A stretch of 64,000 nt of DNA from assembly GCA_963769885.1 (NCBI GenBank), contig CAVYNH010000006.1, positions 160,001 through 224,000 on the forward strand, in the 5' to 3' direction. The notes beneath the pieces were generated by a model, which was not told where the DNA came from, did no database searches, and saw only the letters and a list, made by a program, of their open reading frames with translations. This document shows, one piece after another, positions 18,218 to 28,275 of the stretch. This DNA is from Methanobacteriota archaeon (GTDB lineage Archaea; Thermoplasmatota; E2; DHVEG-1). Position 1 is the stretch's first letter, and each line of letters starts with the position of its first letter. A program made the translations under genes and the position numbers.

Positions 18218-19049
18218 TGACCTCGGTACGAACATGGAGGTGACCTGGTGCCCCGGCTGCGGAAATTTTGGAATCCTCAGCGCTTTTAAAAAAGCGGTCA
18301 GAAAATTGGAGGAACGAGGATTCGACCGCGATACTCTTGTTATTTCGAGTGGCATCGGGTGCCATGGGAAGATTTTCGATTACATACGCCTGAGTGGGCT
18401 GTATTCGATTCATGGGCGATCCATGGCAACGGTCCAGGGTATGAAGCTCGGTAACCCCGATCTGAAGGTGGTGACGTTTTCTGGTGACGGCGATGCATAC
18501 GGCGAAGGCATCGCACATATGATTTACGCCGCAAAACGTAACGCGGATATCACAGTCATCGTGCATGATAACGGGGCATATGCGCTGACTACCGGGCAAT
18601 TTTCGCCGACGAGCGAGAAAGGGTACAAGGGTCCGTCCTTGCCAAGCGGCAATGTTGAGGAGCCGTTGAATCCGCTTGCGCTGTTATTGGAGGCTGGCGC
18701 GAGTTTTGTGGCTCGTGGATACGCGGGGAAGATTGACCATCTGTCTGACCTCATGGTTGAGGCAATGACGCATGAAGGGTTCTCAGTCATTGACGTGCTG
18801 CAGCCGAGCGTCGTGTTCAGTAATACGTATAAAGAGTTTAATGAGCGTACGGAGATAATGACGCAAATACCGAGCAGCCTTGAGGATGCGGTTCGTCTGG
18901 CGAGGAGAAAAGAAGAACGGATACCTCTCGGAATATTTTATCGCGTGAGCAAACCTGTGTACCATTCGGAGTTGATGGGTCGGTGGAACCCAGTCCGTGA
19001 TAAAATTGATAGAAACGAACGCCTGAAGAAGATAAAAGAGCTGCTCTAA
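18210..19049 (+). CDS. 2-oxoacid:ferredoxin oxidoreductase beta subunit
   Basis: WCPGCGNFG, GIGC, GDGD..N TPP-binding motif. Confidence 0.93.
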   Translation: MADDLGTNMEVTWCPGCGNFGILSAFKKAVRKLEERGFDRDTLVISSGIGCHGKIFDYIRLSGLYSIHGRSMATVQGMKLGNPDLKVVTFSGDGDAYGEGIAHMIYAAKRNADITVIVHDNGAYALTTGQFSPTSEKGYKGPSLPSGNVEEPLNPLALLLEAGASFVARGYAGKIDHLSDLMVEAMTHEGFSVIDVLQPSVVFSNTYKEFNERTEIMTQIPSSLEDAVRLARRKEERIPLGIFYRVSKPVYHSELMGRWNPVRDKIDRNERLKKIKELL

Positions 19050-19117
19050 ACGAGAAGAGCAGCCGATGCCCGTTGCTATTCTTGGCGAAAGCGAATCCTT
19101 TTTTCTGCCGAGTTTTT

Positions 19118-19564
19118 TTAATAGCTGCTACCTTGGGTCCCAAGGAGGATCTCGAGTTCTGTGATGTGCTCTTGTTCCTCCATGAGGACATGTCGGATGT
19201 CGTGCTCAAGGAGGTGGTCGTAATACCCTTTTCCTTTCTCCTTTTTCAGCTCCTCTAGAATAATCCGGTACGTATCTACGGCGACTTTTTCGTCCTTCAA
19301 GTTTTGCTCAAGAATCTGCTTTATGTTTTTTGCCGGATGCGGTGGGCTGATCTCCATGCTTGGGATGCCGCCCAGTGCGCCGATGAGCGTTCGGAATTTC
19401 TCCTGATGCCCTTTCTCATCGTCGGCGATTTCTTTCAGTCTGGCGATAATGGGTTCAGCGTTGATGCCCTCAACAATTTCAGCATGGCTCAAATACTGAG
19501 TATAGGCCGCGTGCTCTAATTCAAGCGCATGGTTGAGCAATTCTAGGATCTTTTGCTTGGTCAT
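19118..19564 (-). CDS. Ferritin-like diiron protein (bacterioferritin/rubrerythrin fold)
   Basis: LELE..QY..DEKGH..DEK..EEQEH diiron pattern. Confidence 0.8.
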   Translation of the reverse strand: MTKQKILELLNHALELEHAAYTQYLSHAEIVEGINAEPIIARLKEIADDEKGHQEKFRTLIGALGGIPSMEISPPHPAKNIKQILEQNLKDEKVAVDTYRIILEELKKEKGKGYYDHLLEHDIRHVLMEEQEHITELEILLGTQGSSY

Positions 19565-19790
19565 GGTAGAAGATACCTCCGATGTTGCTATTTATTTGAC
19601 ATTTATAAAGGTTTATTTTATCGTCCGGTTTTTTGAATAATAAACGGCAGTGAAGAGAGCAGGTTTTCCCGCTCCATAAGAGAGAAAAACAGCAATGTGA
19701 AAATATTTTGGTTCTATTTCCTATTCCCTTTTTAGCTGTCAAGGGGAAGGGGAAGCCTTAAATAGAGTACTGTCATTAACAATCGTTAAT

Positions 19791-19859
19791 TGCCCGGCGA
19801 TTGGTTCTCCAATCCGCCCGGCACTAACGCTAGGAGATGTAAACCTAAGTGAGGGGGCA
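19791..19859 (+). ncRNA. Candidate structured small RNA (three-way junction), family unknown
   Basis: TTAAATA box at 19758-64 about 26 nt upstream; stems TGCCC/GGGCA, GGCG-ATTGG/CCAAT-C-CGCC, CACT/AGTG, TAGG/CCTA; pyrimidine-rich tract downstream. Confidence 0.55.
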
Positions 19860-19950
19860 TGTTTTGCATCCCATCCTTTCCTCCTCTCCTCATCAATAAA
19901 AAGAAACCCCCATTTGGTTTTACATACTCCTAACAATTTTCCCCTTGACT

Positions 19951-20577
19951 ATGACGCTCGACAACCTTCTCCATCGCATCGCACAACTCACACAAGACAA
20001 CGTCCGTGAGACGGTCAGCGACCGCATCACCTCGTTTCACACATTCCAAACCAAGCCAGACAACGCCGTCTTCCTCGAACTCTGCTTCTGCCTCCTCACC
20101 GCCCACTGCCGCGCTGAACACTGCCACGCCATCCAACAAACCCTAGGCCCCCTCTTCCTTCATGGCACCACCCGAGAAATCGAGCACGAGCTACACGCCC
20201 ACCACTACCGCTTTCCACCCCGCGCCGCCCACATCGTCGCCGCCAGGCAGTACAAAGACGGCCTCACTAAACGACTCCGCAACCTCTCCCATGACGACCG
20301 CCGCCGCTGGCTCGTCGACACCATCCCCGGCCTCGGCCTCAAAGAAGCCAGCCACTTTCTCAGAAACATCGGCTACGACGACTACGCGATCATCGACGCC
20401 CACATCCTCCGCATCCTCGACTACTACCAGATCATCCCCGCGTTCCGCAGCCTCACAACCAACCACTACCTTCAGATTGAAGAGGCCCTCAACGACATCG
20501 CTACTAAGGCAGGCCTCAGTCTCGCCGAACTCGACCTCTACCTCTGGTACCTCGACACCGGAATCATCATAAAATAA
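19951..20577 (+). CDS. ogg: 8-oxoguanine DNA glycosylase/AP lyase (Ogg2 type)
   Basis: ELCFCLLTA, PGLGLKEASHFLRNIG, AIIDAHILR, ELDLYLWY, C-terminal Lys. Confidence 0.9.
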   Translation: MTLDNLLHRIAQLTQDNVRETVSDRITSFHTFQTKPDNAVFLELCFCLLTAHCRAEHCHAIQQTLGPLFLHGTTREIEHELHAHHYRFPPRAAHIVAARQYKDGLTKRLRNLSHDDRRRWLVDTIPGLGLKEASHFLRNIGYDDYAIIDAHILRILDYYQIIPAFRSLTTNHYLQIEEALNDIATKAGLSLAELDLYLWYLDTGIIIK

Positions 20578-20640
20578 AAGAATCGCACGCCAAAAAAAAC
20601 CGGCGTGAGCCACAACAATCGTTGTTAGACTTAAAAAATC

Positions 20641-20808
20641 TTAGTCACTAATCGCCTTCACCGGGCACTCGTCCACACACGTCGCACAATCAATGCACGT
20701 ATCCGGGTTCACCGTCGCCTTCTCGTCGACCTTGATCGCCTCGACGGGGCACGCGGTCGCACAGGCGCCACACCCAGTGCACAGTTCCTTGTTCACAACT
20801 GCTACCAT
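20641..20808 (-). CDS. 2[4Fe-4S] ferredoxin
   Basis: Two CxxCxxCxxxCP motifs; GGAGGT RBS before ATG 20808. Confidence 0.93.
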   Translation of the reverse strand: MVAVVNKELCTGCGACATACPVEAIKVDEKATVNPDTCIDCATCVDECPVKAISD

Positions 20809-20990
20809 AGGAGAATCGAACCTCCGGGGCACCAGATACAGCTACCCCTTATAATAGCCTTTCCCCACCCCCACCGAGCACACTCCTTCGAGACCCAATG
20901 CGGCGACGGCGAAGTCATCCCCCGCACCCTCACCCTGCAGATCCCCCATTTTGTCTAGAATAGAAATCTTTCTATGGTACGTCCCGTTAC

Positions 20991-22187
20991 ATGCCTGGGT
21001 ATTTAAGGGAGAGAACACGCGGTATGGAAGAAGAGGTTAAGGCACGCATCTACTCGGGAACGCTCTTTGGGTTCTTTCAGACCCTCTTGATGGCCTTCGC
21101 CATGCTCATCCCCACTTTCTACTTCCGCTCCCTCGGCCTCTCCCTTGCCGCCTACGCCGTGCTCCTTTCCATCGGCGATATCGCATCCTTCATCATGAAA
21201 CCGGCCCTCGGATGGCTCACCGACCGACACGGAGAACGACTATTCATGATGCTCGGCGGCATCCTCTTCATCATCAGCCTCTTCCTCATCGGACAGACCA
21301 CGGACCTCCTCCTCATCGCCATCCTCAAGATCGTCTCCGGCGTCGCCAGCGCCCTCGTCTTCATCCTCATCCTCATCTACTCGCTACGAATGGTCAAAGA
21401 AAAACCAGAACGCAAAATCGGCGCCTTCGCCGGTGTCTACAACCTCGGCTGGGTCGTCGGACTCAGCGGCCTCTTCATCCTCGGCATCCTCTACACCACC
21501 TACCCCATCAAGGAAGCATTCTACCTCATTCTCATCGTCGGTATCATCTGGATCCTGCTTATGTTCCGATTCGCCAAACATTACGAAAGCGTGGTCTCCG
21601 TCAAGCTCACCTTTTCCCACCTCAAAAAAATCCCCACACTCATCGTCTTCAAAAGCATGGACCTCGCCATGTTCTCCGCCTTTCTCTTCTACCTCATCTA
21701 CAACGCCCCCAACACCGCCCTCTCCCTGCCCAAGACCACGCTTGTGGTCATCGTTGAAACCCTCCTCTTCGCCGTCTCCATCTACCTTGTCGGCAGGATC
21801 TCCACGCCACTGCTTCGCCGGTACTGGGTCCCCCTCTGCATCACGTTCCACCTCCTCGCCGCCATTGTCATGCTTTTCGCGGTTATGATAAATCAATACT
21901 ATCTCTACTTCCTCGTCGCCATCTTCATCGGCATCGCGGGCGGCTTCATCGACATCTGGATCTACACCCGCATCAGCGAACACTACGAACCCAAGGAAAA
22001 AGGCATCATCGTCGGAACCCTCGGCTGGAGCTACAACCTCGCCACGATCCTCGGCGCCAACGTCCCCGTCCTCATGACACTCCTCAACCTCAACGTCTTC
22101 ACCGCCCTCTTCGTCTTCCCCATCGTTATGCTCCTCACCTACATCGTCTTTATAGGAGCCGCACGAAGGACCCACCTCACCGCTTAG
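20991..22187 (+). CDS. MFS transporter
   Basis: About 12 TM helices, GWLTDRHGER motif A; start may be 21024. Confidence 0.85.
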   Translation: MPGYLRERTRGMEEEVKARIYSGTLFGFFQTLLMAFAMLIPTFYFRSLGLSLAAYAVLLSIGDIASFIMKPALGWLTDRHGERLFMMLGGILFIISLFLIGQTTDLLLIAILKIVSGVASALVFILILIYSLRMVKEKPERKIGAFAGVYNLGWVVGLSGLFILGILYTTYPIKEAFYLILIVGIIWILLMFRFAKHYESVVSVKLTFSHLKKIPTLIVFKSMDLAMFSAFLFYLIYNAPNTALSLPKTTLVVIVETLLFAVSIYLVGRISTPLLRRYWVPLCITFHLLAAIVMLFAVMINQYYLYFLVAIFIGIAGGFIDIWIYTRISEHYEPKEKGIIVGTLGWSYNLATILGANVPVLMTLLNLNVFTALFVFPIVMLLTYIVFIGAARRTHLTA

Positions 22188-22417
22188 CCTTTTGGCCGCA
22201 GCCGCTCGACCTCCGCAGCCGCCCGCTTCCCACTCACCTTGAAATAGAGCACGACAGCCCCCAGCTCAACGCCGAACAATACTAAAAACACAAGAAAGCC
22301 AAGGAGAAGACGGCCCAACGACAGCCCATAGAAAAGAAGCACTGACCCGCTGAACGGGATGAACATCCCAACAACAACCACAAGTAGAATCCTCACGATA
22401 TCCCAATGCCGACTCAT
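22184..22417 (-). CDS. Small two-TM membrane protein
   Basis: Two hydrophobic stretches; fills the gap between convergent genes. Confidence 0.6.
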   Translation of the reverse strand: MSRHWDIVRILLVVVVGMFIPFSGSVLLFYGLSLGRLLLGFLVFLVLFGVELGAVVLYFKVSGKRAAAEVERLRPKG

Positions 22418-22469
22418 GCCGACACTATACCGACACCAGCCTCATAAAAATTACCCCTAAAGAAAAAGT

Positions 22470-24684
22470 CTAGTTCTTCGACAACTGCGTCCCCGCAACC
22501 GCGACCTGCCCCACCGAGATGCCCCCATCCCCGTTCGGCACCCGATCATGCACCAGCAGCGACAACCCTGCGTCAGCCACCAGCCGCTCGATCATCGACA
22601 CAATCGGCAGATCATACGAGACCCCGCCCGTCACCCCAACATACGGGACGCCCTCCTCCTGCGCCCGAGCCACCCCCAACCCTACCAATTCCTTCAAAAT
22701 CGCATGGACCACGGAGACCGACAGATCCGCGATCTCACGAGCCGACAACCGCCGCCCCTTAATCTGTTCATCCAACTGCCGGAACACTTCCACCGCATCC
22801 ACCATGTCACCAGACACCGGCGCTGAAAACGAGTACCCTCGGCTTCCCCGCCGCCAAGAACGGCTCTAGCTTCATCGCCGGCTCACCGCTATACGTCCGC
22901 ATCCGACACACCCCCAGATAGCACGAGAGAGCATCCAGGTACCGGCCCATGCTGCAGGTCTGCGGCGACCGCACCATCACCCGCCGCAGCATCGCCGCCT
23001 GCTCACCCGAAAACTCCTTCTCCATCCTCAGCTGCTCAAAGACCGCGAATACGAGCCGACGCGGATCCTTCGTCGCCTGATCGCCACCAATTAACGGAAA
23101 CGGCCGTAGACGACCAACCCGCGCATACCCAGACAACTCCGCATCCAGCACCTCCCCACCCCAAAACGTCCCATCCTCACCGTATCCCAGACCGTCCACT
23201 GCGAGTACAACGCTTCGGTCAACCCCCTGATCAACCAGCAGTGACGCCGCATGTGCCCAATGATGCTGAACCTCAATCAACGGCACATGAAACTCATCAG
23301 CAAGCCCCTTGGCCACCCCTCGAGACGCATACCCCGGATGCACATCCAAGGCCACTCCATCCAGCCGAGGCCTGCCAAGGAACAGACCCATCAGATGTCG
23401 AAGGCTCTGCTCAAGGAACACAGCCGCCTCATCGTACTCCACGTTCCCGATGTACTGCGTGCTAATCAGCCGACCATCGACCGACAACGCTCCAGTGCTG
23501 TTCTCCCCCGCACCGACACCCACTACCTTTTCTTTGAATTTCACCGGGAGCACATCAGGAATGTAACCACGGGACTTGCGTAAAAAGAACCGATGGCCGT
23601 TCCACAGCCGGACGACGGAGTCGTCCACCCGGTTCGGGATCTCACGGTTGTGCAACAGGTACACATCCGCTCCTAGTGAGAACGCCTTCTCGTTCTCGAT
23701 GATCATCGGCTCCCCCGGGAAGTTCGCGGACGTCATCACCAACGCATCTGTCCGCAACGCCGAGAACAACAGCACCTGCAGCCCCGTATACGGCAAGAAG
23801 ATCCCGATGGAGTCCAGGCCTGGCGAGACCCGCTCCCCATCCTTCTTCGCCATCACCACAATCGGCCGCATGCTGCTCTCCAAGAGCCGGCGGTCGCCGA
23901 GGCTCATCTCCGCATACCGCTCCGCCACCTTCACGTCACGGACCATGATCGCGAACGGCTTCTGCGGACGGCCGTACCACTCCCGGAACCGCGGCAGCTC
24001 ACTCAGGGTGCAACACAGATGCATCCCGCCCCAAGATTTGACTACACCGATTTTCCCGGCATCCATGAACCCGGCGAACCGCATCACGGCATCCTTAGAG
24101 CCAAGACTTTTCCTCCGAGAATCATACAGCGTGTAGCGCGGCCCGCACCGCGGACATGAGATCGTCTGCGCGTGGTACCGGCGGTCTTCCACATCCATAT
24201 ACTCACGCTGGCACTCCGCACAGAGCGGGAACCGGTCCATCGACGTCCGCTCCCGGTCATACGGCACACCTTTCGCGATGCTATACCGCGCGCCACAGAC
24301 GGTACAATTCGTGAACGGATACCGATACCGACGGTTCCCAGCAGCACACAAATCATGCAGACACTCCTGGCAGATCGCGGTATCCACCGGGATCAACGAC
24401 TCCTTCTCCCCGGACCGGCTATGGAGAATACGGAATTCTGAGAACGACCGCGAGTCCGACTCACGGATGATCTCGTCAATCACCGCGATCGCCGGCAGCC
24501 GACGCAGCAGCTCAGCAATCAACCGATCCGCATTGCGGTCGACAACAACCTCCACCTCGGAGCCCTTGTTCACCACATACCCATGAACCCCCAGCCCGAC
24601 CGCCGCTCGGTACACCGTCGGACGGAACCCAACCCCTTGCACGACACCCTTGAAAATCAGCTTCTCCGCCGTCTTCTTCGTCAT
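22470..24684 (-). CDS. hypF: Hydrogenase maturation carbamoyltransferase; apparent +1 frameshift at ~22836
   Basis: GVVQGVGFRP, paired Zn fingers, QHHWAHAAS, DGLGYG, NGDGGISVGQ in downstream ORF; AGG[G]TAC joins frames. Confidence 0.93.
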
Positions 24685-24694
24685 ACCCAGAGCC

Positions 24695-25747
24695 CTAACA
24701 GATCCGCGGAATCGGGTCGCCCAGCGGCTTCTGCACGATCCGCCGACCACCCACCTCCGTTTCCAACACCACACCCTTCACCGAATCAGACACTGTCCCG
24801 ATGATCGCCGCCTTCCGGCCTAGCGGATGCCGATGCAGCACCGACAGCACCTCATCCGCCTTCTCCGCAACAACCCCGAGAACAACCTTGCCCTCGTTGC
24901 CGATCTCCAACGGATCAATCCCCAATAAATCGCATGCAGCCCGTACACCCTCAGAGATCGGGATTGACGCCTCATCCAATATGACACCGACCCGGGACTT
25001 CTCAGCAAACTCGTTCACCGTGTTCGCCAGTCCCCCACGCGTTGGATCCTTCGCCGCCACGACCCCACCAGCAGCCAGCACGCTGCCCATCACACCATTC
25101 AAAGGAGCGACATCAGACCTCACCCGCGTCTCAAACCCATACCCCTCACGAAACGACAGCAACGCAATCCCATGCTCACCAAGCAACCCAGAGCAGATCA
25201 ACACATCCCCACTCTTGAGGTTCGCATCCAACAGCCACCGATACTTCACCGGCCGATACCGCTCCACCTCCTTCAGGTCCCAGTCAAGCTCAGGACGACG
25301 CCTCCCCACCCCACTCGTATTCACCATGAACTGCTGCACCGCACCCCGCTCAACCACCTTGGTGTCACCCGTCACGATCGGCACCCCCGCACTCTTTGCC
25401 ACCCGCGCCATCGACCGCACGATCACCTCCATGGTCTCCACCGAGAACCCCTCCTCAAGGATGAACCCCGCAGACAACGCCAGCGGCCGCGCCCCCACCA
25501 CCGACACATCGTTAATCGTCCCGCACACCGCCAACAACCCGATATCCCCGCCCGGGAAGATCAACGGCCACACCGTATACGAATCCGTCGACAACACCAC
25601 GTCATCGATCACCGCCGCGTCATCCAGCATCTGCAGCGGCACCTCCGCGCGGCCCTGGAACGAGAAATGCTTCATGATATGCTCTTTGATCAGCGAGTCC
25701 ATCAGCGACCCGCCCGCCCCATGCGCCAAGGATATCGTCTTCGGCAT
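24695..25747 (-). CDS. hypE: Hydrogenase maturation carbamoyl dehydratase
   Basis: LAHGAGG, TDSY, GDTKVV, DPTRGG, C-terminal PRIC. Confidence 0.95.
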   Translation of the reverse strand: MPKTISLAHGAGGSLMDSLIKEHIMKHFSFQGRAEVPLQMLDDAAVIDDVVLSTDSYTVWPLIFPGGDIGLLAVCGTINDVSVVGARPLALSAGFILEEGFSVETMEVIVRSMARVAKSAGVPIVTGDTKVVERGAVQQFMVNTSGVGRRRPELDWDLKEVERYRPVKYRWLLDANLKSGDVLICSGLLGEHGIALLSFREGYGFETRVRSDVAPLNGVMGSVLAAGGVVAAKDPTRGGLANTVNEFAEKSRVGVILDEASIPISEGVRAACDLLGIDPLEIGNEGKVVLGVVAEKADEVLSVLHRHPLGRKAAIIGTVSDSVKGVVLETEVGGRRIVQKPLGDPIPRIC

Positions 25748-25875
25748 ACACCACTCAGCCCCCGGTGACCAAGTACCAGAGAATCCAGTATGCCATATCA
25801 CGAATTTATTTATACCCTCCGCAGACCCACAGTCAATCGTTAATAAAGGACCACAAGAATACAGGAGCAACGACT

Positions 25876-26148
25876 ATGTGGCAAGACACCGCCCTCACCC
25901 TCATCAACTTCGTCTTCATCGCCACGGTACTGCCCGCCATCATCCTCAACTATAAGACCAAGAACGCCACCGGACAGTCCCTCATCATGTACCTCGCCAC
26001 CGCCCTCCTCCTCGTCCTCATGGCACTCGTCTTCCAAACCCTCAACCTCTTCTGGAGCATGATCAGCACCCTGGGCAACGCCATCGTTTGGACCATCCTC
26101 ACCCTCCAACGACTCACCTACAACAAAAAACCAGGACAACGACCATGA
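25876..26148 (+). CDS. Small three-TM protein (PQ-loop/SemiSWEET-like)
   Basis: 3 TMs, LPAII..YKTKNATGQS pattern; AGGAG RBS. Confidence 0.55.
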   Translation: MWQDTALTLINFVFIATVLPAIILNYKTKNATGQSLIMYLATALLLVLMALVFQTLNLFWSMISTLGNAIVWTILTLQRLTYNKKPGQRP

Positions 26149-26585
26149 CCACCACCCTCATCCTCTGCATCGGCACCACAGACCACGGCGACGACGCCAT
26201 CGCCCCCTGGACCGCAGCACACGCCCCACAACTCCCCCACACCGTCTTCCTCGACGCCGGACCACACCCCGAACGCACCACCGCCGCCATCAAACGCCAC
26301 CACCCCACCCACCTCATCCTCCTGGACGCCGCAGACATGCACCAGCCCCCAGGCACCCTCCGCCGCATCCCCACCGACAAAATCCAGACCCTCAATATCA
26401 GCACCCACACCCTCCCCCTCAGCCTCCTCATCGACTACCTCACCCCCACCACCCCCACCATCACCCTCATCGGCATCCAACCCAAAACCCTCCACGGACC
26501 ACCCAGCCCAGAAGCCACCACCGCCGCCCAGACCTTCCTGCGACTCCTCAAAGAACACAAAATCGAAGAAATCCCCCTCCTCTAA
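26145..26585 (+). CDS. hycI: Hydrogenase maturation protease (HycI-like)
   Basis: IG..GDDAI, DAG..PE, LLDAA, STHTLPL, IGIQP. Confidence 0.85.
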   Translation: MTTTLILCIGTTDHGDDAIAPWTAAHAPQLPHTVFLDAGPHPERTTAAIKRHHPTHLILLDAADMHQPPGTLRRIPTDKIQTLNISTHTLPLSLLIDYLTPTTPTITLIGIQPKTLHGPPSPEATTAAQTFLRLLKEHKIEEIPLL

Positions 26586-26591
26586 CAACAC

Positions 26592-27512
26592 CTAGAACGG
26601 GTACTGCTTCCCCAACGCTTCTAACGACGACAACGCGGCCACCGCCCCCGACGCACACGCGGTCACAATCTGCCGCACCCCACCCGTTAGATCACCCGCC
26701 GCATACACCCCAGGCACACTCGTACGCCCAAACCGGTTCACCACCACATACCCCTCCCCATCCACCTCCACCCCCAACCCTTTGATCAACGTGTTCTGCG
26801 GCACCCACCCAATCGAAATGAACACCCCATCAACAGACAGCGTCGACGCCTGCCCCGTCTCCGCATCACGCAACGCCAACCCCCTCACCACCGAATCCCC
26901 CACAATCCGCTCCACCACCTTGTTCAACAGGATCTTCACCTGCTTCTCACGCGCCTGCGTCACATACACCTGCTCAGCCCGCACCTCCAGCCGCCGATGC
27001 ACCAAAAACACCTCCTTCACCCCAATCTGCTTAAGAAACACGGACTCCATCAATGCGGTGCTCCCACCGCCGATGACAGCAGCCGTCTTCCCACGGAAGA
27101 AAAACCCATCGCACGTCGCACAATACGACACCCCTTTCCCCAAAAACTCCTTCTCACCCGCAATATCCATGGTCTTATGCTCCGTCCCCGTACAAAACAA
27201 CACCGCCCCCACCACGTACGACCCCTTCGTCGTCCTCACCCGAAACCCCTTCCCCTCACGAGCCACCCCGGTCACCTCCTCGTACAAATGAGGCTGGACA
27301 TACCTCCCCGCATGATGCTTAATCCTCTCCATCAACTCCGCCCCCGAGATCGACTCAAACCCCGCATAATTCTCCACATTCGGCGACAACACCGCACGAC
27401 CACCACCATCACCGCGATCAAACACCGCGACCTTCAACCCAGACCGCACCGCATAAATCGCCGCAGAATACCCCGCAGGACCAGCACCAACAATCGCCAA
27501 CTCATACTCCAT
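26592..27512 (-). CDS. trxB: Thioredoxin reductase
   Basis: GAGPAG, GVSYCATCDG, GGGSTA, TSVPGVYAAGD. Confidence 0.93.
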   Translation of the reverse strand: MEYELAIVGAGPAGYSAAIYAVRSGLKVAVFDRGDGGGRAVLSPNVENYAGFESISGAELMERIKHHAGRYVQPHLYEEVTGVAREGKGFRVRTTKGSYVVGAVLFCTGTEHKTMDIAGEKEFLGKGVSYCATCDGFFFRGKTAAVIGGGSTALMESVFLKQIGVKEVFLVHRRLEVRAEQVYVTQAREKQVKILLNKVVERIVGDSVVRGLALRDAETGQASTLSVDGVFISIGWVPQNTLIKGLGVEVDGEGYVVVNRFGRTSVPGVYAAGDLTGGVRQIVTACASGAVAALSSLEALGKQYPF

Positions 27513-27582
27513 ACCCTCACCCAATAACCGCACTTCTCTTATAACTTACCATTTCCCCGAGAAAAAACCGCCCAAACACCAT

Positions 27583-28275
27583 CTACACGCCACGCAGCCC
27601 ACACCGCTTCACCAACGGCCGGACTGCCCCCAACATCTCCTCCAACACCGCCCTCGGATACGGCACCGCCCCCTCCAACGACGCGTCCATCAACGGCCGC
27701 ACCGGTTTGAACTGCTGAAGAAAATAACACGCCGAGCCCTCCAGCCACCGCCCAATCCCCACCACATCACTCAGCGTCACCAATCCAGGAACGACCGTCG
27801 TGCGAAACTCATACGCCGGCGCGCACTCACGAACCACCCGGACCGACCGCTCAATGAGAGTGACGGGGACATCTATCCCGGCTACCTTCGAGTACTTCTC
27901 CAGAGGCGCCTTCACATCCATCGCCACATAATCAACCAACCCCTCACTCAGCAACCCCCCCAACCGTTCCGGAAACATCCCGTTCGTATCCACCTTCACC
28001 AGGAACCCAAGATCCTTGACCTGCTGCAGAAAAAACCCGAGATCCTCCTGCATCAACGGCTCGCCGCCGCTGACCACCACAGCCTCAAGACGCCCTCTGC
28101 GTTGCTGAAGAAAACCAAGCACATCCTCCACTGGAATAAGCGGGCCCGACCCGAGGACCATGTCCCGATTATAACAATACGGACAACGGAACGGGCATCC
28201 CGTCGTCCACACGATCGCACTCAGATGGTCCGGGTAATCCAGCAGCGACGACGGCTGAAACCCACCGATCCTCAT
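27583..28275 (-). CDS. nrdG: Anaerobic RNR activating radical SAM enzyme
   Basis: SLLDYP, GCPFRCPYCYN, SGGEP, DTNG; overlaps nrdD stop. Confidence 0.9.
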   Translation of the reverse strand: MRIGGFQPSSLLDYPDHLSAIVWTTGCPFRCPYCYNRDMVLGSGPLIPVEDVLGFLQQRRGRLEAVVVSGGEPLMQEDLGFFLQQVKDLGFLVKVDTNGMFPERLGGLLSEGLVDYVAMDVKAPLEKYSKVAGIDVPVTLIERSVRVVRECAPAYEFRTTVVPGLVTLSDVVGIGRWLEGSACYFLQQFKPVRPLMDASLEGAVPYPRAVLEEMLGAVRPLVKRCGLRGV

